The notes under the pieces: generated by a model
Seen by the model: only the letters and a program-made list of their open reading frames with translations
The model's database searches: none
What the model was told of the DNA's origin: nothing
Origin: Nanobdellota archaeon
Lineage (GTDB): Archaea > Nanobdellota > Nanobdellia > Woesearchaeales > JAGLXL01
DNA: 64,000 bases
Assembly (NCBI GenBank): GCA_042577865.1
Contig: JBHPDN010000002.1
Location: 782-64,781, forward strand
Direction of reading: 5' to 3'
In this document: one piece after another, positions 1 to 7,845 of the stretch
How positions within the stretch are numbered: the stretch's first letter is position 1
Layout: every line of letters starts with the position of its first letter
Translations under genes and position numbers: made by a program

Positions 1-426
1 GACAGCGTATTTTTCCAGTTCTCTTAACATGGGAGAAGTTTTTCTGGTGTCAAGAATTTGAACTCCATAAGGTCTGACAATCTCTGCGTATTTTGAGGCA
101 GTGGTGGCAATGCCAGACAACCTTTGCAGGAAATTGAGAACGGTTCTTTCGGCGCTGAGTAAGGCCTTGGCATTTCCTACAGCTTTGGCTAAGATGTCTC
201 CTTGATTTATTTTTTGTCCGTCTTCAAAAAACTTTTCAAATTTTATTTCTGGATCAAGTTCTAAAAAAATATCTTTGGCCAAATCAATGCCACACAAAAC
301 ACCATTGTCTTTTGACAAGATAGTGGCAGTAGCGGTTTTGTCTTCTGGAATAATTGAATTGGAAGTAACATCACCAGAACCAATGTCTTCTTCTAATGAG
401 GCTTTGATTAATTCTTTAGTATTCAT
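1..426 (-). CDS. nadC: nicotinate-nucleotide pyrophosphorylase (quinolinate phosphoribosyltransferase), first 142 codons; gene runs off the left edge
   Basis: Own translation of the minus strand from the ATG at 426-424: MNTKELIKASLEEDIGSGDVTS...ALLSAERTVLNFLQRLSGIATTASKY...ILDTRKTSPMLRELEKYAV. This is the typical NadC/QPRTase motif set. The ORF is open-ended, so it is absent from the supplied track. Confidence 0.8.
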   Translation of the reverse strand, partial: MNTKELIKASLEEDIGSGDVTSNSIIPEDKTATATILSKDNGVLCGIDLAKDIFLELDPEIKFEKFFEDGQKINQGDILAKAVGNAKALLSAERTVLNFLQRLSGIATTASKYAEIVRPYGVQILDTRKTSPMLRELEKYAV

Positions 427-427
427 T

Positions 428-1897
428 TTAACCTAAAAATTGTCGGATGTGGCCGGCCTTAAGCATGTTTTCCTGAACAGACAAGACATCCTGTTTTTTG
501 ATAGCTGATAAGATTTTACCAGTGGCTTGTTGGTGTTCTTGATTGACTTCATAATTAAACTTTTCTAAAACAGGAAGCACTTTTCTCTGGATTTCCTGAG
601 GAAAAAAACTTAAATTGTCTTTATTGAAATATTGGAAAGCGTCTGCCATATCTTGATCAAGATTAGGATAACAGTTCCTAATCTGGTCAATTTCTTTTTC
701 ATTCAGAGCTGACAGGCCAAAGATTTCTGGCGGCAGACCTAAAGAATAAAGGGAGGCACAGAATTTGATGGCACGGGGCAAAGCTACCCCTTGGTTTTCA
801 CGAGCATAACCAAACAAACCAACATGTAATTTTCTTTTTCTTCTTGGCGGAATGTCTTTGCTAACCAAGTTGATAATAGGAGCCAAGGTTCTGACGGCCT
901 CACCATAATCTTTTTCCATCTTGTCGATTAGGATTAAAGATTGGTCAATATCAACTGGATAGGGTTCTTTTCTTTGAATGTTATTGATTTCTTCAACACC
1001 GGCCAAGACTTTTTTCAAAGGAAAATCATATTTGAAAGCTGATTGGGCAGTGAAAGTTTGAATGCTAGGATAACCTCTGACCATGTTTTTGATATTAGTG
1101 GGTTTGAAGTTTCCCCGGAAAGGAGAAGAACCACAGCCAATGATGGGCATGATATCGATGGAAATTTTTTCCTGCAATTCATGCAACTTAATCAAACCAA
1201 CTTTATTGAGAAGAACAGCCGCCACAGAACCGTAATTAAGTGCTGGATCGCTGCGGGCAAACCAAACCCTTTGCATCTCTTTTATTTTTTCAGACTGGAT
1301 ATATTTCTCAACGTAATCTGCAGAATTGACAATAGCATCTTTAGTCTCAAACAAAGGAGTGACTTTGATGCTTGGCGGGCCGAATTCTCCCAGCCACTGG
1401 GACAAGGAAATATCTCCGTTGATGGTAAGACAATTCTGCTGGCCAAAAATATGTTTCTGATAATACTGGCTGATTCTGATAAGGTTTTTTTCAGAAGAGC
1501 ACATAGGGACAACTACTTCAAAGATAGGAGCAATTTCTTTTTGGTAAAATAGTTTGGCGAGGTCAAAATTCCTGGGAATGGAATTGAGTGATTCCAAAAG
1601 GATTTTTCCCTGGGTTTTTTCAACATCAGGATTGGGAACTCTTAAGGTAAGGAATTTATTTTGGCCCAAGATATTTTTCTGAAAGAATGAAGAATAGCGA
1701 GTGAGTAGTTTTTCAATAACAAAATTATCTACTTCTTTTCCTTCTGCATCCCACAACTGTTCATCAATATCAAGATGAGAGTAAGTGTAGAAAGCTTCTT
1801 TGACTTCGTCGTCTCCAGAAATGATATGGTTCTGGGCGAAAAATGGAGAAGAAACATTATCTGGATGCTGGGTTGACATTAATCTTGATATCTTCAT
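428..1897 (-). CDS. ppcA: archaeal-type phosphoenolpyruvate carboxylase
   Basis: 489-aa ORF. The N-terminal RLMSTQHPDN motif and the roughly 490-aa size fit the archaeal PEPC family (PpcA) rather than the roughly 900-aa bacterial Ppc. Confidence 0.85.
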   Translation of the reverse strand: MKISRLMSTQHPDNVSSPFFAQNHIISGDDEVKEAFYTYSHLDIDEQLWDAEGKEVDNFVIEKLLTRYSSFFQKNILGQNKFLTLRVPNPDVEKTQGKILLESLNSIPRNFDLAKLFYQKEIAPIFEVVVPMCSSEKNLIRISQYYQKHIFGQQNCLTINGDISLSQWLGEFGPPSIKVTPLFETKDAIVNSADYVEKYIQSEKIKEMQRVWFARSDPALNYGSVAAVLLNKVGLIKLHELQEKISIDIMPIIGCGSSPFRGNFKPTNIKNMVRGYPSIQTFTAQSAFKYDFPLKKVLAGVEEINNIQRKEPYPVDIDQSLILIDKMEKDYGEAVRTLAPIINLVSKDIPPRRKRKLHVGLFGYARENQGVALPRAIKFCASLYSLGLPPEIFGLSALNEKEIDQIRNCYPNLDQDMADAFQYFNKDNLSFFPQEIQRKVLPVLEKFNYEVNQEHQQATGKILSAIKKQDVLSVQENMLKAGHIRQFLG

Positions 1898-1928
1898 TAA
1901 ATCACCTAATCACTGCAGTAAATATGAG

Positions 1929-2072
1929 TGGCGGTGCGGAGATTTCCATTTTTTACAAAATTTGAACTCCGGACTTTCACGTCTCTCAGCTAGTTGAGGA
2001 TAATCATCGGCATCAGCCTCATCGCTCAACTCTTATGAGCGTGACACTCTAACCAGACTGAGTTACACCGCC
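1929..2072 (-). tRNA. tRNA-Met (anticodon CAT, elongator-like; a CAU Ile2-type cannot be excluded) with two introns
   Basis: Minus-strand read: GGCGGTG-TA-ACTC-AGTCTGGTTA-GAGT-G-TCACG-CTCATAA-[51 nt]-CGTGA-AAGTC-CGGAG-TTCAAAT-[18 nt]-CTCCG-CACCGCC-A. The length of 144 nt equals 75 + 51 + 18. The full cloverleaf forms only after both insertions are removed. Confidence 0.75.
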
Positions 2073-2096
2073 GTGAGAAAGAAAGTTATTAAGGGC

Positions 2097-2492
2097 TTAT
2101 AAAAAGCTTTTGATTTTGAATTCTATTTCTTTCATCTCTGCTTCGGGAATTTCTTTGACTTTAGAAATATCAACTAATCCGCCATGCCCGTCGTTTTCAA
2201 AACGTGGAATTAAATGAATATGGGCATGAGGGATTTCATCACCCATAACTATACTTTGCACGTAATCTGTGCCCAGGGCTTTTTTCAAAGCATGAGCAAT
2301 CTTGTTAACGACAGCAGAATATTCTTCTTCAATATCCCAGACCCAACGGTAATGTTTTTTGGGAATAACTAAACAATGTCCTTTGTTCAAAGGACGAATA
2401 TCAAGAAAAGAAAAAAAATTAAAATTTTCAAAAATTTTGTAAGCAGGAATTTCCTTGTTGATGATTTTACAGAAAATGCAATCAGAAGTCAT
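2097..2492 (-). CDS. HIT-family (histidine triad) nucleotide hydrolase
   Basis: 131 aa. Carries the histidine-triad motif HAHIHLIPR, an N-terminal CIFCKI motif, and a typical HINT-like length. Confidence 0.85.
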   Translation of the reverse strand: MTSDCIFCKIINKEIPAYKIFENFNFFSFLDIRPLNKGHCLVIPKKHYRWVWDIEEEYSAVVNKIAHALKKALGTDYVQSIVMGDEIPHAHIHLIPRFENDGHGGLVDISKVKEIPEAEMKEIEFKIKSFL

Positions 2493-2679
2493 CTTCTGTG
2501 TCTACGTCTTCTTCTGGTTCCGGCTCTTTTTCATCGGTATCGAAGTCATCACCCATATCATCCATATCTCCTAAGTCATCATCCTTATCTTCATCGTCGC
2601 CAGCATCAAAACTATCGTCAATCATCTCTTCATCATCCATTTCTTCCTCAAGTTCTTCTTCAAATTGTTCTTCTTCCAT
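2482..2679 (-). CDS. extremely acidic small protein (65 aa), unknown function
   Basis: MEEEQFEEELEEEMDDEEMIDD...EDVDTEDDF. A strong SD-like GGGAGGT lies 8 nt upstream of the ATG. The stop codon overlaps the HIT start (ATGACTTCTGA), suggesting translational coupling. Confidence 0.6.
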   Translation of the reverse strand: MEEEQFEEELEEEMDDEEMIDDSFDAGDDEDKDDDLGDMDDMGDDFDTDEKEPEPEEDVDTEDDF

Positions 2680-2747
2680 TGTATATTACCTCCCCCTGAA
2701 ATTGGATTTTACTCAATAAAAAAAACTTATATTTAAGTATTTCGGAA

Positions 2748-3533
2748 TCACTCAAGACGAGTCAGCAATCCTGTTTTTTTGGCTTTGTTGAAGCTGGAGT
2801 AAAAAAAGAGCACTGAAAGAAAAGCAAACAAGACTGTCAAGACAATGGCATTGAACAAAGAGATTAAACTAAAAGTACCAGTCATCAGGATTTCCCTCAT
2901 ACCTTCAAAGATATGGGTGGTTGGGAACCAGACAGCCACTTTTTGCAGCCAGACAGGCAGACTGTTCAAAGGATAAAAAACACAGGAAACCGGCTGCATC
3001 AGCCAGCCCAAACCCCAGGCCAGAACCTGGATACGCATACCAAAGCGGAAGATGAGGCCGGCAACAAAAAGGCCGACAATCCAACCAAAAACTAATAAGA
3101 AGATGAAAAAGACTAAGACATAAATTATTTTGATTGAAAAAATATTAAAGGCATACAAAATAAAGGTTAAAACTGAAAGGAAAGCAAAGGAAGCTATGGC
3201 TCTGAAGAGGCCATTTAAACATAAAGCAACAATGACTTCTGAGATTCTAGCCGGAGTGGAATAAAAGTTGGGCAGATTACGGCTCCAAAAATCTTCCAAA
3301 ATAAAAACACCCATGTCCGTGTTGGCTCTATTGAAGATGCTCCAAAGAACAGCACCGCCTAAGAAAAACCCAATGATAAAATTTTCAGAGAGCGAGGAAA
3401 TATAATAGGTTGTTAATCCCCAAACCAAAACATCAATCGTAGGCCAATAAAAAACATCAAAGAGTCTATCTAAACGATTCTTGGTGATGTAATAATATTT
3501 CAATAATATTCCTTGAATGATATGCCATCTCAT
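2748..3533 (-). CDS. ABC-2 type transporter permease
   Basis: 261 aa with about 6 hydrophobic helices. It overlaps the upstream ABC ATPase gene by 4 nt, which is typical ABC-2 exporter organisation. Confidence 0.7.
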   Translation of the reverse strand: MRWHIIQGILLKYYYITKNRLDRLFDVFYWPTIDVLVWGLTTYYISSLSENFIIGFFLGGAVLWSIFNRANTDMGVFILEDFWSRNLPNFYSTPARISEVIVALCLNGLFRAIASFAFLSVLTFILYAFNIFSIKIIYVLVFFIFLLVFGWIVGLFVAGLIFRFGMRIQVLAWGLGWLMQPVSCVFYPLNSLPVWLQKVAVWFPTTHIFEGMREILMTGTFSLISLFNAIVLTVLFAFLSVLFFYSSFNKAKKTGLLTRLE

Positions 3534-4444
3534 TTTCGAGCCATTTTCAGGAAAACTTTTTCCAGGTTTGGTTTTTCAATATGAATGTCTTTGATTTGGA
3601 ATCCTTTTTTGAATAAAGGCTGAATTAATTGGTGTAACTTGTTTTCGGCAAAGTCAAGTTCTATTTCAGCATGGTTTTTGGTTAAGTTGATGATATTATG
3701 ATCTGTTTTTTTGAAATAATTAATCAGTGATTTGCTGCTTGAAAAGAAATCAAGTTTGACAATCTGTTTTTTGATTAATTTGTTAAGTTGTTTTGGAGTG
3801 CCTAACTTGATAATCTTGCCCTGGTGAAGGAAGGCAATTCTGTTGCAGAGTTCTTCAACTTCAACCATGTTGTGTGAAGTAAACAAAATAGAAGTGCCAT
3901 ATTCGCTTTGTTGTTTTTTGATGATTCTTCTAGTTTTTTCAGCAATGTCAGGATCCAGGCCCACAGTGCATTCGTCTAAGAGAAGGACTCGAGGGTTATT
4001 GATGAGGCCCTTGCAAAGATTTAATCTGGTTTGTTCTCCTGAACTAAGGGCATAGGCTTTTTTTCTTCTTAAATGTGAAATTTCAAAAATATCTAAAAGA
4101 TGGTCAATTCTTTCTTTGATGTTTTTGACATTGTAAATTTTACCATAAACCTTAAGATTTTCATCTACTTTAGTTATTCCTGAAAGCCAGGCATAAGCAG
4201 AGGCATAATTAATTTGGTGTTTAACTTCATCTGGATCTTTGTTAAGAATTTTTATATTACCAGAATCATGAGTGAGAATTCCTAACAAAATATTGATAGT
4301 AGAAGTTTTGCCGGCACCATTGGGTCCGAGAAGTCCAAAGATCTCATTCTTTTTTACTTTAAAAGACACACCCTTGAGAGCTTCAACACGCTTCACTCCT
4401 TTTTGGTATGCTTTTCTTAAATTCTCAACTTCAATAGTATACAT
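3530..4444 (-). CDS. ABC transporter ATP-binding protein
   Basis: Walker A GPNGAGKTS, signature LSSGEQTRL and Walker B LLLDECTVGLD. Confidence 0.9.
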   Translation of the reverse strand: MYTIEVENLRKAYQKGVKRVEALKGVSFKVKKNEIFGLLGPNGAGKTSTINILLGILTHDSGNIKILNKDPDEVKHQINYASAYAWLSGITKVDENLKVYGKIYNVKNIKERIDHLLDIFEISHLRRKKAYALSSGEQTRLNLCKGLINNPRVLLLDECTVGLDPDIAEKTRRIIKKQQSEYGTSILFTSHNMVEVEELCNRIAFLHQGKIIKLGTPKQLNKLIKKQIVKLDFFSSSKSLINYFKKTDHNIINLTKNHAEIELDFAENKLHQLIQPLFKKGFQIKDIHIEKPNLEKVFLKMARK

Positions 4445-4528
4445 AAGTAAGAGTGATTTATTGACATTTTATAAAGATTTGCTTAAACAAAATGTTTAAA
4501 TAGTAGTTTGGTTTATTCTTCCTTAAAA

Positions 4529-5971
4529 ATGAGGGGCAGATATTTGATTTTAGGTTTAGTATTAATTCTATTAGCTGCTAGTGTGAGCGCTACTTCCTCG
4601 TACAGTAATACTCCAGTTGATAATACTATTTTGTTTGGTGAAAAGGCTTTGTTTGAAATTACAATTGAAAACCTGAGAGAAGAAGCACAGGAATACACTT
4701 TCTTTCCAACAGCCAGTTCCATTTCATGGGACGTGCAGGTGCTGCCTTTGGGAACAAACTCCATGATAATTGGTTCACAGGAAAGCAGAACAATCCAAGT
4801 GGAAGCCCAGCCAATTGGCCGGCTTGATCCTGGTGTTTATCTTTTTAATATTAAATTTGAAACAAATTTTGGAGAAAGCCATTCAGAATCATTGAAAGTC
4901 TATATTGACACTGAAGAAAGAAGAGATTATCTGCCTTCACTGACAGGCAGCATTGACATGAATGAAAAGATTGATCCAAGGGAAACCCAGTCAATCAAAT
5001 TATTTTTGGAAAACGATAACTGGCTTGATTTATCAAATTTATTGGTAACTTTGAAAAGTGATCTCCCTGAATTTAACCAATTTAGAAACTTGAATATAGG
5101 TCCTTTTGAAAATAAAGCAGTTGAATTTACCATTACACCAAACCCTTACCAACAACCTAAAGATTATGTTTTGTTTTTTGTGGTGGAAAGAAATAACGAA
5201 ACAATTAAAGTGATTGAGAAATTTGTTGAAATTCTGCCTTTAACACATGATTTTGAAAAATCAAAAGAAGAAACCAAATCATTCTTGAAAAGTACAGACA
5301 AAGTAACCATTATTAACACAGGAAATGTCAGGAATACACAACAAGTCAGAGTGGAAGTAAGTTCTTTTGGTGATTTATTTACTTCAACATACCCTGAAAG
5401 CACAGTAGTCAAGGAAGAAGGAGTAAGATACAGGGCCTGGGAAATCGAACTTGGCCCAGAGGAGAGTATAGATGTATTAGTAACAACCAGTTACAGAATA
5501 CCAGTTGTTATTTTGATTATATTAATTGTGGCTTTGATTCTTTACTTCTGGTTTAGGAATCCTGTTTACATCACCAAATCAGCTTCAAACATCATAATGC
5601 ACGAAGGCAGTGTTTCTGGTTTGAAAGTCACTTTGGTGGTTAAGAACTCCAGCAACAAGCCGATCAAAGACTGCGAAGTGTTTGACACAGTACCAAGCAT
5701 TGCCTCTGTGGAAAAAGATGTAGAAGTAGGAACATTGAATCCTTCTGATATCTTGAGAACAAAAACAGGAAGCATATTGTTGAAATGGAAAATCAGCGAG
5801 ATTGACAGCAAAGAAGAAAGACTGATTACCTATAAAGTCAAATCAAAATTAGACATTGTTGGAGACTTTAAATTACCTCGGGCAAAAATCACATTCAAGG
5901 ATGCCAGACACCGCAAAGGAGTTTCTTATTCTAACGCCTATCTGGTAGGTAGCCCTAATAAGAAAGGGTAA
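4529..5971 (+). CDS. secreted/membrane-anchored beta-sandwich-repeat protein (COG1470-like neighbour of the ABC-2 exporter)
   Basis: The ATG at 4529 gives MRGRYLILGLVLILLAASVSA, a signal peptide. There is one TM helix (IPVVILIILIVALILYFWF) followed by a roughly 130-aa beta-rich domain. The gene is divergent from the ABC-2 operon. The family assignment is tentative. Confidence 0.55.
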   Translation: MRGRYLILGLVLILLAASVSATSSYSNTPVDNTILFGEKALFEITIENLREEAQEYTFFPTASSISWDVQVLPLGTNSMIIGSQESRTIQVEAQPIGRLDPGVYLFNIKFETNFGESHSESLKVYIDTEERRDYLPSLTGSIDMNEKIDPRETQSIKLFLENDNWLDLSNLLVTLKSDLPEFNQFRNLNIGPFENKAVEFTITPNPYQQPKDYVLFFVVERNNETIKVIEKFVEILPLTHDFEKSKEETKSFLKSTDKVTIINTGNVRNTQQVRVEVSSFGDLFTSTYPESTVVKEEGVRYRAWEIELGPEESIDVLVTTSYRIPVVILIILIVALILYFWFRNPVYITKSASNIIMHEGSVSGLKVTLVVKNSSNKPIKDCEVFDTVPSIASVEKDVEVGTLNPSDILRTKTGSILLKWKISEIDSKEERLITYKVKSKLDIVGDFKLPRAKITFKDARHRKGVSYSNAYLVGSPNKKG

Positions 5972-5982
5972 ATTATATAAAC
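5971..5982 (+). promoter_or_regulatory. TATA box for tRNA-Tyr
   Basis: AATTATATAAAC is centred about 27 nt upstream of the tRNA 5' end (6006). This is archaeal TATA spacing. Confidence 0.45.
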
Positions 5983-6005
5983 CCCATATTTTTTAATTGC
6001 CTTAA

Positions 6006-6132
6006 CCCCGCTTAGTTCAGTGGCTAGAACGTCCGGCTGTAGAAATTGTTCGACTGCGTCATTCTGACTAGGGATGAAAAACAATCAGCTGTGGTCACCG
6101 GAAGATCGCTGGTTCGACTCCGGCAGCGGGGA
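6006..6132 (+). tRNA. tRNA-Tyr (GTA) with a 54-nt anticodon-loop intron
   Basis: CCCCGCT-TA-GTTC-AGTGGCTA-GAAC-G-TCCGG-CTGTAGA-[54 nt]-CCGGA-AGATC-GCTGG-TTCGACT-CCGGC-AGCGGGG-A. The C1:G72 pair is typical of archaeal tRNA-Tyr. Confidence 0.8.
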
Positions 6133-6140
6133 TTTTTTTT
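6133..6140 (+). terminator. oligo-T terminator after tRNA-Tyr
   Basis: A run of 8 T lies immediately 3' of the discriminator base. Archaeal RNA polymerase terminates at oligo-T tracts. Confidence 0.5.
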
Positions 6141-6568
6141 CAAAAATATTCTTCCAGATATTTGTCAACAGAAATCTCTTTCAGACAGCAAAATAATTCA
6201 ATATCCCACAGAGAAGAAAAACTTTTCACGAGGAAGATTTTTTCTACAGGTGTTTTTGGTGAATCCTGGATATGATAATCTCTTCTACCTGGATGGTAAA
6301 TCCTTAGTTCTTCAGGATTGGGGTTACAATGTAAAACTAAAGGTACCCCTCCATGCTCTCCAGCCAAATCTTTGGCCAGTCTTGCTGCCACTTTTCTTTT
6401 CAAAAATATCATACTTCCATTATAACTAATAGAAATAGGATTTTTAATAAAATAAATTTTATCTGATTCATCCATTTCAATGTTCTTGCTTTTGTCAAAG
6501 ATCCCGGTCGCTGGATCATATCCTTTGTTAAAAGAAACTGAGTTGATTCCTGTGAAATATCTGTCCAT
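6140..6568 (-). CDS. hypothetical protein (142 aa)
   Basis: Intact ORF with an ATG start, lying 2 nt downstream of the stop codon of the preceding gene (6571-7395), so probably in one operon. No motif recognised. Confidence 0.5.
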   Translation of the reverse strand: MDRYFTGINSVSFNKGYDPATGIFDKSKNIEMDESDKIYFIKNPISISYNGSMIFLKRKVAARLAKDLAGEHGGVPLVLHCNPNPEELRIYHPGRRDYHIQDSPKTPVEKIFLVKSFSSLWDIELFCCLKEISVDKYLEEYF

Positions 6569-6570
6569 TT

Positions 6571-7395
6571 TTACTCCCTATAGAAATCAAGCATTTTTTC
6601 CTGGAAATCCCTAAGATGATAATCATGGGTGTCTCCTGGCAGGGGTGCCAGTTCAAAATTTCTGATTCGATTTCTACCCATAAAACTAATGAGATCTTTA
6701 GAACTCAACATGGGGTCTTGGGTGTTTTGAACAAAAAGAGTTGGAACTGAATATTGTCCCAGTAGATTATTTAAATCAATACCCCTTTCATCAGCCCATT
6801 TAGCTGGTACACCAAGATAAACACATTTTTGCGGATTGATTTTACCTTGCTGAATAGCCTGTAAAGATAAAATCACACCAGCTGATTTGGCCAGAATAAC
6901 AAAACTGTCCTGCTGAGTAGCTTTAGTTTCCAGGACTTTTGATTCATTATCAAAATCAATTTCAGCATCGCCGACCATTTCCCAATGCTGGTAAATCAAA
7001 GTGTCAACAGTATTGAAATGTTTTTCAAGTGAGCTTCTTAACTCTTGAGACCAAAAATGGTTATTAGTGCTGTTGCCAGGAAGAATGATTAAATTAGTTT
7101 CTTCTGGCCAAGGGAGGTCTTCTCCTCCATCCCGACACAAATATTTTGGATAGTTATTAGTACCCCTATTTCGATCATTTAAATCTACATTTGCAGGATA
7201 GACACTGACCCTCTTACCCAACCTAGGACAAACGAATTCAAAGTAGTCTTTGGGGGTGTTGGGTGGAAAATCAGGAAAGCCGCAAGTGTACTGAAGACCG
7301 CGCATACCTTGAACTAATTTCCTGCCCCGGTATTGGGTTTTTCCATCAGTATCAAAACAGGTTTTGACTCTTGCTTTATTAACTGGTTTTTTCAT
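6571..7395 (-). CDS. serine hydrolase-fold protein (RBBP9/YdeN-like C-terminal domain) with a Cys-containing N-terminal extension
   Basis: The C-terminal roughly 170 aa contain LIILPGNSTNNHFWSQELRSSLEK, the nucleophile elbow ILAKSAGV, then NTQDP and THDYH. This resembles the Ser-Asp-His order of the Ser_hydrolase family. The N-terminal roughly 100 aa are unassigned. Confidence 0.5.
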   Translation of the reverse strand: MKKPVNKARVKTCFDTDGKTQYRGRKLVQGMRGLQYTCGFPDFPPNTPKDYFEFVCPRLGKRVSVYPANVDLNDRNRGTNNYPKYLCRDGGEDLPWPEETNLIILPGNSTNNHFWSQELRSSLEKHFNTVDTLIYQHWEMVGDAEIDFDNESKVLETKATQQDSFVILAKSAGVILSLQAIQQGKINPQKCVYLGVPAKWADERGIDLNNLLGQYSVPTLFVQNTQDPMLSSKDLISFMGRNRIRNFELAPLPGDTHDYHLRDFQEKMLDFYRE

Positions 7396-7557
7396 TTTTA
7401 CCTTAAGAATCAGCTCTTTTTAATGTTAAAAAGTGAGCTTTTATAAAAATTTTTTGAATTTTAACCAAAATTACCAAAAGCTTTATAAGGGGGCGGTAAA
7501 TTCTTTATCGAACAATGCCGGCAATCCTTCTACGACGATAGACCAAACTGTTGTAGA

Positions 7558-7570
7558 TAGATTTATATTG
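7558..7570 (+). promoter_or_regulatory. TATA box for the tRNA-Asp/tRNA-Lys unit
   Basis: The TATA element within GATAGATTTATATTG (core TTTATAT at 7563-7569) is centred about 30 nt upstream of the tRNA-Asp 5' end (7596). Confidence 0.45.
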
Positions 7571-7595
7571 TAGCTCCAAAAATGGCATTGAAAAA

Positions 7596-7720
7596 GCCCT
7601 GGTAGTGTAGTGGCCTATCATGGAGCCCTGTCGAGCATCAAAGTGCATTGAAAGGCTCCGACCCGGGTTCGACAAGGTGATAAGTTTCGGCTTATAACTT
7701 CGCAAGTCCCGGCCAGGGCG
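7596..7720 (+). tRNA. tRNA-Asp (GTC) with two introns
   Basis: GCCCTGG-TA-GTGT-AGTGGCCTA-TCAT-G-GAGCC-CTGTCG[+19 nt]-GGCTC-CGAC-CCGGG-TTCGA..[33 nt]..-CCCGG-CCAGGGC-G. The length of 125 nt equals 73 + 19 + 33. Confidence 0.75.
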
Positions 7721-7737
7721 TTTTTTATTAAACGTTT

Positions 7738-7826
7738 GGGCCGGTAGCTCAGCCTGGTAGAGCACCTGACTTTTAATAAAGTCAGAAGACATCAGGTGGT
7801 CGCGAGTTCGAATCTCGTCCGGCCCG
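7738..7826 (+). tRNA. tRNA-Lys (TTT) with a 15-nt anticodon-loop intron
   Basis: GGGCCGG-TA-GCTC-AGCCTGGTA-GAGC-A-CCTGA-CTTTTAA-[15 nt]-TCAGG-TGGTC-GCGAG-TTCGAAT-CTCGT-CCGGCCC-G. The intron segment AAAGTCAG is complementary to CTGACTTT of the anticodon arm, as expected for a splicing helix. Confidence 0.85.
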
Positions 7827-7845
7827 CTCATAATCGAAAAATAAA

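Noticed and set aside
1043-1552. 169-aa plus-strand ORF and a 76-aa alternative-frame ORF inside ppcA
   Set aside because: They are fully contained in the PEPC gene, whose identity is supported by family motifs. They have no independent support.
2500-2680. Possible CRISPR-like or tandem-repeat arrays (also at 19990-20110 and 56520-56800)
   Set aside because: The periodicity is triplet (GAA/GAT/CCA-type codons) and in frame with acidic protein segments. There is no repeat-spacer architecture of 25-40 nt units and there are no cas genes.
2376-2719. Two plus-strand ORFs (107 and 73 aa) rich in Ser/Leu/His
   Set aside because: They are mirror-image low-complexity translations of the GAA/GAT-rich acidic-protein gene on the minus strand. 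The minus-strand ORF, by contrast, has an SD, an ATG and coupling to the HIT gene.
6046-6429. 127-aa plus-strand ORF
   Set aside because: It starts inside the tRNA-Tyr intron and 3' exon and then runs antisense to the better-supported 6140-6568 gene. It has no RBS or promoter.
7481-7557. Possible small RNA between an orphan CTTTATAAG box (7481-7489) and the tRNA-Asp promoter
   Set aside because: I could find no convincing secondary structure, boxes or ORF. The box may instead serve the divergent 6571-7395 gene when read on the minus strand. The evidence is insufficient to call a feature.
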